This document shows positions 23,774 through 35,600 of a DNA stretch of 64,000 bases, one piece after another. The number at the start of each line of letters is the position of its first letter. Position 1 is the first letter of the stretch. A model generated the notes under the pieces. That model had not been told where the DNA came from. It did not search any database and saw only the letters and a program-made list of their open reading frames with translations. The stretch is taken from assembly GCA_964270895.1 (NCBI GenBank), contig OZ185435.1, one strand, 5' to 3'. The position numbers and the translations under genes were made by a program. The stretch comes from Podarcis filfolensis (lineage: Eukaryota).

Positions 23774-26700
23774 CTGACAGGGGGAGACGGAGGTAGGGTG
23801 GGTAGGAATAGAGCAGCAGGAGAAGGACAACCAAGGATGAAACAAAATCCATCACGGAGAGTGAGAAAGAGGGTGTGTAGTCAGAGACAGAATAAACACC
23901 ACAAACAGACAAAGGAGAAAGGGGAGGGAAAATACAAGAAAAAATATTAGTTGGAAATACACCCCAGGCTTGAATACAATGTGATCTAGGGTGAAGCTGG
24001 GTCAACATCAGAATACGAGATACCATTGAACCAAGTCAATTACCAGCCTCTTCATGAGATCTTGGGTGAATAGGTTGACCTCAGGAGTATGTTTTGTGGG
24101 GTAATAAATCCCATGTAGTTCCCTGGCTTTCTTTGGATTCAAGAGGAGCTAGAAAATCATATGAGAATCATATCTACCCTGTATACTGTTTCTAGAATTC
24201 AGTTATCAGTCGGGAAACTGGAGGAAACATTCCTTCATCTAATGTGCAGAATCAGCAGGATAATGACTGTAGAAATTGAAATATTGCAAGAATGTGGGGT
24301 GCACTGGCAGAACCACTCCTGCCCTCCTACCGATGCACCTGCACAGCACCAGGGCACAGATGTAGCTGGCAGCCCTGGAACACCCCTGTCTTGCCGCTTG
24401 GACAGGGATTTCCAAGAGTGGGTAAACAAAACACACAAACGGTAATGAAAAACTTGTGGAGGCATCTCTGACTCAGCTGGCTTGTGCTAATTGTTTCAGA
24501 GCTTCCATTTCAGGTCCCTGAGTCTCTGCGCCAGGCAGGATTTGCAGAAGTTGAGGGCGGTGGTGGTGATGGTGGTGAGCTTTCCCTGGGAAGGGTGTCC
24601 TCCTAGAGGCCTTTTGCCTTAATCATTACAGGCTGCTCCCACCCTGCTGCATAGGAAATCTGAGTTCTCATGATAGCGAGAACCAGGGAGGATGATGATC
24701 TGTGAAATTCCACACATACTCGCCTTGGAACAAACAGGCAATTTATAGTAGCATGCATTGTAAATAACATGCTGGCCCCTGAGCTCTCTCTCTCTCAACC
24801 CCTCTCTCACAGCTTGTTCTAGCCAGTTCTATTCCCTCCCCTCCCCTCCTCCTCTCTCTCTCTAGCACCATCCAGATCTCTTGCTTCACTCCATGTGATC
24901 ATGGGACACTTACTACTGTGAACCTAGAGTGCAGGCTCATGCTTCCACAGCAGCTATTCTTTCCCCAGGATCTCAGGACATAGTGTCCCTTGGGATTATA
25001 CACTGGTCCATGTGCAGCTCAGGTAGAAGGTTGCCACAGTATAACAACACTCGGAAAGGCTGCCATGTCCCCCCAAATCAGGAACAGGTGATTTGGAAAA
25101 CGCCAAATTCTGCACCAGTTTCCTCCCATGGTTCTGATTCACATATGCCCATCCACCATACCTTTTCTCTCCCTACCAGAGTGTTGCTATGTAGTAATGC
25201 AATGGGGTAAAAATCTAGTCCTCTTCCATCTGCATCAGCATCTCCACATGATGGAAGTGTGTGGGTGCATGTATGGCCATGGGGGAGGGAGGCAGCTCAG
25301 TGCTGGTGTAAATGGCAAATACAGTGGCTTGTGAACTTCCCAGAAGCATTTGGATGACCACTGTAGGAAGCAGGATGCTGATCTAGATGGGCCATTCATT
25401 GGTATGACCCAGCAGGGCTCCGAGGTTCAACTCACACACTGCTGTGTGTTGTTACTGCTTTACCGCTGGTTGAGCCCAGCTGCCCCCTGCCTTTGCAACG
25501 CAAAGTAAAATGGACATCAGATCAAACACTGATTCATCAGTCTGCTTTGTGCTCCCCTCTGCACTTCAAGTGGTCTTCCTGTTTTCTCGTATTACTTGTA
25601 AAGCACTAGGTGTAGATTTTAGAAACAAATAAGTAAAGGGGGAATCAATTTTGCACAATGCTGAAAAGCAAGTTTGGCGAGGATGGGAAACATGATGTCA
25701 CCAACTTCCAGAAAACCAGAGCTGTTAACAGCTAGCTTCTGCTATGGACACAAAGAACTCATTTCCCCTGAGCCCAGTCTGGAAAAGAAAATTGTACATC
25801 TAAAGAAAATGTGGTGAGTGCATTTCTATAGCAGGTTTGCTCCTCACGCTATGTGTACCTCTGTATACACCCTAAGATGCCACAGTGACTCAGCCTCCAG
25901 CTTGGTTTCCCATCCTCCAGCCCTCCTTATCCCAGAACCAAGCCATTTCCCTTTGGCCAAATGCTTTTAATGCCTGTGGTCCAGGAGCTGAACTGGACAG
26001 AGCCCAGCAGCTGAGCCTAGCATTGCAGGCTGGATTATGTCCAGGACATTTCTGAGGAGCTCTGCAATTAAAAACTTTTATGTGTAATTACAATCCCAGG
26101 AGCTGCCAGGGCTGAGGCTGCATACCGGATACAAGACATCACAGAAGTCCTTAAGCAACACTGTATGTTGTTTTTATCAGGAAGCCCAAATGCCTCAGTC
26201 CCAAAGACTGATCATTTTGCAAAGTGTGCCCCCTCTCCCATCACTGCCCATAATTCATGCTTGGGCAACCCGGTCTACAGTGTGCCCTGTGGAGAATTAG
26301 TGAGGATGCCCAAGGGAATTACATGGAGGAAAGACTCCATTCTGGGACAACCAGTTAGAACCCATTAAAAAAGAGACTCAGCTGTACACATCAGAAGAGC
26401 CTGAAAGTTCCCAAGACAAAGGCATGTGTGTATGTGCGCTCTTCATACTTATACACAGCATGAGGTAGAATCTAGAATCTCAGCTTAAAAAGAGAAATAT
26501 GTCTATGATTATTATGATTATTTTCAAATAACAAGCTTCTATCCCTCAGGGTCTTAGAGAAAGGTTTCTCCCCAAAAGCCAAGCAATGTCTGCTTGAAGG
26601 GATGGGTCAAACAGATGTTACAGGGGAGCTCCATGCTTGGAGCTGCTGCTACCCTTTTTCTTTCTGAAAAAGTGACCAGAGGGGAATGGAGGGCTGATTT

Positions 26701-27809
26701 GGATTTGGCTTACTAAGTACCGAGAGGAAAACCCGCAGGTTTAAAAAGCCTGTATATTTTCCTCTCGGAAGATTAGAACAACTTTGGGGGAGAGCTAATT
26801 TGGATTGGGGATGTGGAGAAGGCAAAGGGTTAAACTGCCTCATTTTCCTCATGGCATCATCTCAATTTAAATTGCCCCCTTCCCTGTGTTGACTTTTTCC
26901 AAAATATTAAGGTGTTAGGAGCTCCAAGCATGAAGTTCCTGTATCAATCATGTCTATTGGGCCCCTAGGCCCAAAGAATGATGATTGGGTGTCCCACCTA
27001 TGCCTCCCCCTGTGGCTTCCAGGATTAATTCCACTTGCTCCGTCCTCTTTATTTCATGCCTTCCCCTCATTTCTTGCCTTTTATTATTGTCCGAGCCCCT
27101 ACAAAATGTCCTGAATCTTGCAAAAGCCATACGCGGAAGGAACTGTATGAATCCCACCCATTTACGCAAAAGTGCATAATTTGTTCTGAGCAAATTTCAG
27201 CTCCCTTGGTGCCGAGAACACAGAGTCCTGCCCAAGACTGCCAGAGCACTGGGCTTCAGAGGAAGGGCATGAAAGAAGCGCCAAAGGCTATGGAATATTA
27301 CCCTTTTGTGGGTGTGGTGGACATTTCCTTCCTGACTCAACATCTCGCAGCAGAATCATTAAAGGCTGCTCATTCAGTGAGCATAAAATCAAGTCAGAGC
27401 CCTGCCTTATTTACAGCCATCTCCCCAGCAGTTGCTGAGCAATTCATTCCTAAGCTCCAACCCTGCCATGCATGTTGCATCCCATGCCTTAATGCCAAAT
27501 ACCAGTAAGTTACAAATCAGGCATGATGGCTTTCATCTGTTCCAAGCTGTAGGTTTGCAGTTAGCTCTGCAGAAACCTGGCATTAGCCACCAGGACTCGG
27601 GGAGACGCATCTAAATCTAGACAAGTGCATTCAATTGCCCCAGAGCAACAATCATTCTCTTGCAGAGGATGAAGGGAAGCCTCCCTGCACCTTCTGAAGG
27701 AACAGGGAGAGAGGCTGAGATCTAGGGCTGTCACTTGAGGCACAAATTGCCCTGGCAGCTAGGAGTGCCTTTTACCAGCTTCAGTTGGTAAGACAGCTAC
27801 GGCCGCTAC

Positions 27810-27930
27810 TGGACCAAGACAGCCACTTTGATCCTGGCATTGGTAGCCTCAAGACTAGATTATTGCAATGGGCCTCCATGTGGCCCCTCCTCTCTTGAGA
27901 CAAAACTGCCCCAAGCCAATCAGCGTGGGC
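27810..27930 (+). mobile_element. L2 ORF2 fragment
   Basis: Translates ILALVASRLDYCNG, the L2 'ALVTSRLDYCN' motif. Confidence 0.65.
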
Positions 27931-27996
27931 ATGACACACTTTATATAAGGACTATATTGCACACTAGACTTGCACTAACAAATACTTTGTGTCTAA

Positions 27997-28214
27997 GGCT
28001 ATGTGCACACTATATATTTAAAGCACATTCTTTCCCCCCAAAGATTTCTGGGTACCAGTTTACCCCTCACAGTAGGGTAAATGCTTCTTGTTAAATAATC
28101 TGGAATGGGTTGTAGCAGTTGCACTAAAGAGTTGCACTTCCTAGCAACTCTTAACCACCTTCAGTGCACAGAATTATTTGAGGGAAAGAATGTGATTTAA
28201 AGGTATAACATGCC
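27997..28214. mobile_element. PIF/Harbinger-like palindromic MITE
   Basis: taa|GGC...GCC|tta; internal inverted blocks tttaaagcacattctttccc / gggaaagaatgtgatttaaa. Confidence 0.65.
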
Positions 28215-28569
28215 TTAGTATGGCATGTTTACCTCCCCAAAAAGCCATCCACCCCTGGCATGTTTACCCCCCAAAAAACCCACCCACCCCTTGCATAGAT
28301 AGATCCTACAGCATTTGCATGTTGTTTGCAAGTGTGGTTGTGAGAGCCCTCCTACCAGGCATTTCCCCAACACACCACCCCCAGGACTGCTGTGGGAACA
28401 GTTCAGTTTATCCATTCTATTTTGGACTAAGCCACATGAAACAATCCGGGGCCCTGGAGCAGCATTCTTCTCCTACCAGCCCTAAAAGATTATGTGGGGG
28501 TGGGGGACTTCTGAGCCCTAAGGATAAAAACCCCTGACTCATAAGAAAACAGAGAATAAGGCTTCCTAC

Positions 28570-30306
28570 CTGCTACCCTGTGGGCCACCAGACCTTCAAG
28601 ACGCAAAGGCTCTTCCTCTGTGGGGCGAGAAGGTTCCTCACTGTTCTCCGCATTCTTTATTGGTACCTGGGCTTGAATTGTCATCCCAGGAGATGGGGGC
28701 GACGTCAGCAGGGGATGCTGAGCTTCCATGAGCTTATATGCCATTGCGTGAGGCCTGGGAGATGTGGGAGGGCTTCCTGTAGCCTGGCCATAGCTCCTGG
28801 CTTGCTGGTTCGGATAGCCATAGGACAAATAAGCCTCCTGGTCATCCTGCGCGGGGTACTCTGGCTCTGCAGCATTGTGGAGCAATAGCTTTGTGGGATG
28901 AGCTTTAGGTGCCTGGTGGTCAGGCAGCTGGGACACAGAGATGCCCATGGAGTTGTGGGAAGGGCTTCCTGGAATAGGGCCAAAAGGATTGGTAGACTTT
29001 GGCTGCACCACTTGAGGACCAGTCACAGGCTGGGCAGATACTGAGAGAGCCACCGGGCGTGGTTTATCTTCTCTGGAAGACACCGGGACACTCTGGGACT
29101 TGTGCATCATGGAGACAGAAGGGTCCAGGTCAAGCATGAGCATGTTGAGGGCCTCAATGGACTGCTCTATTTCCTTCTGGGAGGCCACCCTGGGGAATTC
29201 AGGGATGCTGATGCTTTGAGGGGGTGCTGCTTGGGAAGGGCTGGGCTGAGGGCTTGCACTGGAAACACTGGGACTTTGGCTGTCTCGGGCACCATCCTGT
29301 TGGCGGGAAGGTGGTCTGCTGCCTCCACTTTGCTGCTGCCAAGAGTTAAGTCCCCTCTGGACAGCTTCCCGGCTACTCGTGCTCCGGGCTGGTGCCTGGG
29401 GCAGCTGGGGGCTCTCAGCAGTCGCTGTGGGGAAGGACTGCGAGCGGTATATGCCATTTGGATCGTAGCCGTAAGGGTACTGCTGGCTGGCAGCCGGCGG
29501 CTGGGGTTGCAACCAGCCAGGAGTGGGGAAGCCATGCTGGTAGTAGTCGGCCAAATTCTCCTGGGCAGACACTGAAGGACGGATGTGCCCATACGGGTCC
29601 TGGGGGTGACGTCCCATCATGCTCCGCAAGGTGTTCTGGTTGTTGTAGGGGTAGCCACCATTGATCACCGTCTCTGAATCGTGCAGCTTGTCTATGCCGT
29701 TGAAGTTGGACGACCCATTGGGCAAGGAGTTGAGGCTCTCCATCCGAGGGGCCTCGTGGTAGCCCATGTCACTGGTGTTGGTGGTGCCATCAAATGACGA
29801 GAGGGTGCCCAGGCTCCCCACGCTGTGCCCATCCTGGTTGGGCAACTCGTCGTCCAGAATGTCTGTTTCCCTCTCGGCCACTAAGCTGGCAGCTTCCCCA
29901 TTGACATGCACCTGAGCTGGAACGATGTGGCGGCCTGAGGTGGTGGAAGCAACCACTGCTCCCCCGCTGGGGTTGTGGTTATGCATGGCGGCCTCGTTCT
30001 CCAAGCCAAAGCCGCTGAGCAAGCTGTCAAGCTCCCGCTTCTCCTCTGGGGTTAGTATAGGGTTGCTTCCTCCGCTGCTGCCGGGGACTGTGGGCACGGC
30101 CTGCTCGTCAGTCTTGTCTGTCTTGGTGGAGGCGGTGGAGTTGCCCGAATCACTGCTAACAGAGAGTGTGTGCTCAATGTGGTTGGGGGCAGCCGAGAGC
30201 GTGATGCGGTTGGTGTTGACGGTGCCGGTGCTGCCGTGAAGTGAGTCTTTCTTCTTCACCTTGGCATATAGGCTGCCATCCAGAGGCCCTTGGGTGTGAC
30301 CAACCT
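28570..30306 (-). CDS. TNS1: Tensin-1 large central exon (1737 nt): [20 protein letters not shown]...[10 protein letters not shown]...[17 protein letters not shown] (talin-binding helix)...[10 protein letters not shown]
   Basis: Open frame matches ORF 28490..30259; acceptor ctccatgcag|AG GTT; donor GCA G|gtagga; phase 1/1; many TNS1-diagnostic blocks. Confidence 0.97.
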
Positions 30307-32089
30307 CTGCATGGAGGAAGAGAGAATGGAGACAGGAAAATCAATAGCTGTTATGCTGCAAAAGCTTATGTGTTCCAATTAAGACATAAACAATACCTGG
30401 GCTGGTCGTCTGCATTTAGCTACAATGAGAAGGGACACTGCGACCCTGCCAACCAGCTGCCAAGCATTATCACATCCTGTGCCCTCCAGGCCTCTGAAGA
30501 CAAGAGACGCCAGTGTGTCTCTCTGATGGTAGCACAGCCCCTGCCATGTTCTGCTCCCACAGGACCTAATCGCAGCCAGAGAAGTGCTGGCGGCTACTGG
30601 AGTAAAACACATTTGCTGGCTATTTTCTTCTTGACTTGCTATTACAAAACACAGCATGTTTTGTAGCAAATGTACCTGTATTGATCCCAGGATACATGAA
30701 ACCTCTTTTGCAAGAGGTAAGCAAGTTGAGAATGGTTGGGACACCATGAAAAGCCAGAGACCAGAAGATCCTCTAGTCAAGTCTGCACAAGTTGTGACCC
30801 ACCAAGACAAAGGACTTCAATAATCCTATTTTTGCTGCATGACTAGGGGGGGCTTTTAGGCACAGGCAGGCCCCAATATGCAGCTGATGGGTTGTGTTAG
30901 GTTTGGTGAGTCACCTGTCATACAGCCCTGATGTTGTATAACCCTGACGTAGCACCAAGGCTGGATCCTCCAACCAAAGGCTCAGAACAAGCAACCTTCT
31001 CATGAGGGGGAAGCCAACCACCAGCTTCCATTCTATAGGTTTGGAACTTTACCGTAAGAGCAAAAGTGGCCCAAGTGTGCCTGCTCAGAGAAACATGGAA
31101 ATTCATCTGGCATTTAACCTTAATTCAAGAAACAATGCTTTTTTAAACAGCAAAACAACAACAACAACCTGATTCCACCAACTAAAAAAAGCACTGTGTT
31201 CACTTTGCAGTCCAAAATAAAACAAATGGTCTTGATGGGGATAAAAAGAGCTCTCCTGCTAATGTTTCATTCTGCTTTTGATTAAGATGTTTTGAAGGCC
31301 AGGGCCAAGTTAAAATGGAGGGTGGCACTTCTCACTAACACTTTAATCTATAATCAGCACCTCTTCTCCTCTTTTCAGTGATGAGAGAGGGAGCTTGAAA
31401 GGGAGAAAAAGTGTTTGTAGTGTTGCAAGTGCAGGAATTTACCTTCCTCTTCATGCCCATTTAAGTGGTTGCTGTGTTCTGCCTTCCCCACAAATGCCCA
31501 TTAAGAGTGAGGGTCATGCAATGCAGGAAGCACTGCCTTCTCTCTGAATTCAGTTGGAATTAGGCAAGCCTGGCACTCACTAATAGTGGTGCTTGACTGG
31601 ATGGGGTCACTTCAGAAAAAAGAGAACCTAACCAAATAAAATAAAATAAAATGATATCAACCTAGTGAAAAGAAACATGGGTATGAATAGCACTGGGAAT
31701 GCTTTTAAGAAATGTGTGTGTTTGTGGCGGAGAACATTTTACACTTTTGCTCACCGTAAGACTGTTTTGTATAAACCACTTGGAGGTTTCTCAGATTAAG
31801 CGGTATATAAATCATGTTAAATGCATGCATGCATGAATGAATGAATAAACAAGCAAGTGGAAGGTCCATCTAATTTTCACTAGCATCACGGGCACTAAAG
31901 AATTGTATAGACAGATCTAGAGATGAACCTTATGCTGCAGGTGGTTTGCAAGGTAAAGCAGCAATGTTTTGAGGAGATATTTGATCTCCTCAGTTAGGGG
32001 ATTATGCAGCAACAGGTTTTCCCCACCTTCTTTGGGCAATCTATTATAGTATTATAGTCTATTGCACTATTATAGTCAAGACACTGGTG

Positions 32090-32630
32090 ACAGTTCATGT
32101 GGGCACAGAGGACCCGCCTACTCTGCCTCAGCTGCACTCTCTGTCTATATGCCCTAATAGTGACCATTAAAGTCCTCCTGAAACATCTGGGACCAAGTAA
32201 ATCAAAGGAGCACCTGTGACCTATACTGTAACCTGTCAAGGATTTGAGATCAGCCACCAAAGTTCTGTTCATGTGCCCACCAGGAAGGGAGGTCAGGCTG
32301 GCTGGCTGGTACAACAGATGAGACCTTTTCTGAGGCAGCCCCACATCTATGGATTACTCTCCCACCCACCCCCAGATAAATGATGAGCCCCCCCCCTGGG
32401 TTCTTAAAAAGGTCTTTGTTCAGGACTGCTTTTAAAAAGGTGATTTTATAGAGGGCAAACTTCAATTTATAGTCTTACATTAAAATAGTTGGCTGTGATC
32501 TATTGATCTACAATACTTTTACTGCTGTTATCATGACTGTGATTATGCTGTTTATTTGTTTTTAATCGTTTTAAGAAGCCATGACTTAAAACCATGGTAT
32601 CTAATACATTATTACATAACAACAACAACA
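32090..32630 (+). mobile_element. L2-type LINE 3' end, diverged
   Basis: ...gtgaccattaaagtcctcctgaaacatctgggacc...gagaccttttctgaggcagccccacatctatgg...; (caa)n tail. Confidence 0.65.
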
Positions 32631-35600
32631 ATTTTTATTATACTCTTGTGCTTGTGTAGTCATCAGTGGAAAACTATATGGTCTCATTAGATCACACATA
32701 ACTTTCTCTTTGCAGCTGAGGTTTCAGGACTGCTCCATGAAGGGATTTTAAGCATGCATGAAGTGGGCTCATGAAACATAAAAATTTAAAAAAATGGCAA
32801 TGTTTAATTGCACAGAAAACAAAGCAATTTGGGATATAGGATTGTTTCAACGTGAGTTCCAGCTCAAATTGGAGGATCCTTTCTTTCTCATACAGAAACG
32901 TTCTGCCTTTTTCTTAGGTATCCTGTGAGGTTTCCTGGAACTGGCTGCACCACAATATGGAATGCTTTCATTTAGGGGAAAAAGTGACTTCTATCTGGCA
33001 ATAAGCCAAGGATTGACTTCAGGAATGGAAGATGGCCTAATGGAAGAGTGTGAAGTCATAGGGCTCCTATCTGCAAACAGCAAGCACTTCCGTAACTGCT
33101 TCAAAGTTCTAACCTGCCAACTGGAAGCCCAATTTCTTTCCTACAGAACACTACCTAAGCACAAGCATGTGCACACACAAACACAAACACACAGAAGCAG
33201 CAGGCAGAAAATGAAAATAGGTTTAGACCAATCATCACACAAGGCAGACAACCAAGTAAAGTTGTGTTGTCTTCACTGAGAACAAGCCCTACTTCACTCC
33301 CCTCTTTCTCAGCACTAAAGCTGTAGAATACTTCAAAAAGAGAGAAGAGAATACCAAACTTGGGTGTTTATAGGGGTGTGGGTGGGTGTAGGATAACAGT
33401 GCATGTGGACACACACAAATATTCAGCAAACAGGAACAGACATGGACTCAGAATAACCACCACCACCAATTGCATATAAAATACTACTCAAAAGCAACAA
33501 TCATACTTTTTATATGTGTATACACAGAGTAACCATCAAGAAATACACACAGAGACAGTTGTGCTTAACCAGTATATGCCCAGAGAAGCAGCGGCACATA
33601 ATGTACATTCTTTCACACACCAGCAATTATGGGACAGTGGTAGAGATACACATTCAGCACCATTCCAAAATTTATTTAAAGTAACTGTTTTCCAGAGAAT
33701 GCAGACATATGTATTCACAAAGCTGCAGCCATAAAATATACTAGCTTACCTCCCAGTGTTTTCTATGTATCCAGCTGACCCAAGCCTATCAAATAATTTC
33801 TGGCCCCTTTTGAGAAGCAGCTCTCCACACATAGCTTCTCTAAACTGACCTTTTCCCACAATGGTTATTTGTAGCCCAGGTTGCCCATCGGCTGGCATGC
33901 CTCCCACTTCGCTTTAAAAAGGATGGGACGAAGCTCTAACATTCTTCCCAAGGGCTGGGCAACCACACACATAGCCCTCAAATCAACTGGTGAACTTTGT
34001 GGGGAAGCCACAAAGTAATACTGGAGGAGAAAGTTCACTCCACTCCCCACTTTTCTTGAAGGAACACCAGCTCTCCAGATCCCTAACCACCTCCCTCAGC
34101 TAGTTTGTGTGGAGAAAGATGGAACTGTGGCCATGGGTGAATTTGTCCAGGTCTCTTGGTGCTGCTGCTGTATTAAGCACATGGGGCAGGTGGCACTAAT
34201 AGGAAACAGAGGAACAAAAGAAGAAAAGGGGGGGGACACATGTATCTTTATTTGGTCAACGGGACCAGCATCCGCCTATTGGTGCCAGTAGAACCCTCTC
34301 AAAGTTATCCTTCTGCCAAGCTCAAGTGATTATTTTTAAATTGCAAACACAGCCAGAAAACATCCCAGAATGCACCCTGACTGTCATCCTATTTGAAAGG
34401 CCCACGGTAACATTAGTAGGGGACACAGAGGAAAGAAACTCATCCCTTTCCCCTGCAATGCCATTTTCAGAGGGGAAAGAGCACATTAAGAGGATCTGTT
34501 TATTGACCATTCACCCTGATCTGCTTGCACGGAGCTTACCCAGCCGTTAGACTATGTCTGGTCTTTATTCAGCATTTGTTCCAATGCGTTACAGAACAGT
34601 TACAGTATATGGCAATGAGCATTCTACCCGATTCACATGTGTTCATGCATTTTTCAATGCATTTCTCCATCACTTTCCAAATCACAAAAAGTTTGGGGTT
34701 TTTTTTCTTTTCCCTTTTTAGTGGATTTGCTATGCAAGGGTGACAGAAGCCTGTAATCCACTTTAACTGTGCAAACCTAAAGTTCCGGCAGACACTTGAA
34801 TCCCTCCCACAAAATACTGAGGATGGTATTCAGTTAAGTTTTCCTCAAAGTCAACTCACTGAAATTAATTAGCACCACTAAGTTATGCTCATTAATACCA
34901 ACTTGTCTACTTTGAGTAGAACTTAGTCAACCACCATCCTGCCAGTCTGAACATGCCACAGGCCACTTAGCAAAAGAAGGGTGGGGGAACTTGAGCATGT
35001 CCAGGGTGCCTCAGTTCCATAGGGCTTACGTTGCTGTGTACCCCCACTGTTGAGGATGAAAATGGGCCTAGCAATATTTGTGGCAAGCGAGAAGTTCACA
35101 TCAAGGTATGATAGATCAGGGCCAAGCCAGATGCAATTCAGTATCTATGATCAGCAGTGCCCACCATTTTGTTGTTTTACATAACAGCAGCAGCTGCGGG
35201 AAACTGTTGGGGCTGTTTATTCTACTTAACAAAACGCAATGGACCGCTTGATCAAAAGAAAAAGAAAAACACCTTAGCAGTTTACATAAAATACTATAAA
35301 GTGTTTTATCAAAAGGTACACATAAAATCAACAAAATTTGGGTTGTCTGTGTTTCTCCTTAAAGCTGGCGTTATGGTACAGAAACAATGTGCAGCTAAAG
35401 TCTGCTTTCACATTGGCATTTTCAGACCTAATCCAGAGGGGCTACTGGACCACACAGAGGTGGTGACCCTCTATATGTATCGAGCAATGGGGGCCCAGCC
35501 ACATAAAAACCTCTGGCACCCTCTTCCTTCCCTAGAGGCAACTACTAACCCAGCACGAAGGCCATTGTGTGTTCTCTCTCCTCCCCCCCCCCCACTATCT

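Noticed and set aside
28580-29664. Plus-strand and alternative-frame ORFs overlapping the large exon
   Set aside because: Shadow ORFs of a GC-rich coding exon.
33745-34549. Good donor motifs at 33750 (GAG|GTAAGC) and 34540 (TGG|GTAAGC)
   Set aside because: In-frame stops just upstream, no ATG or acceptor; expected by chance.
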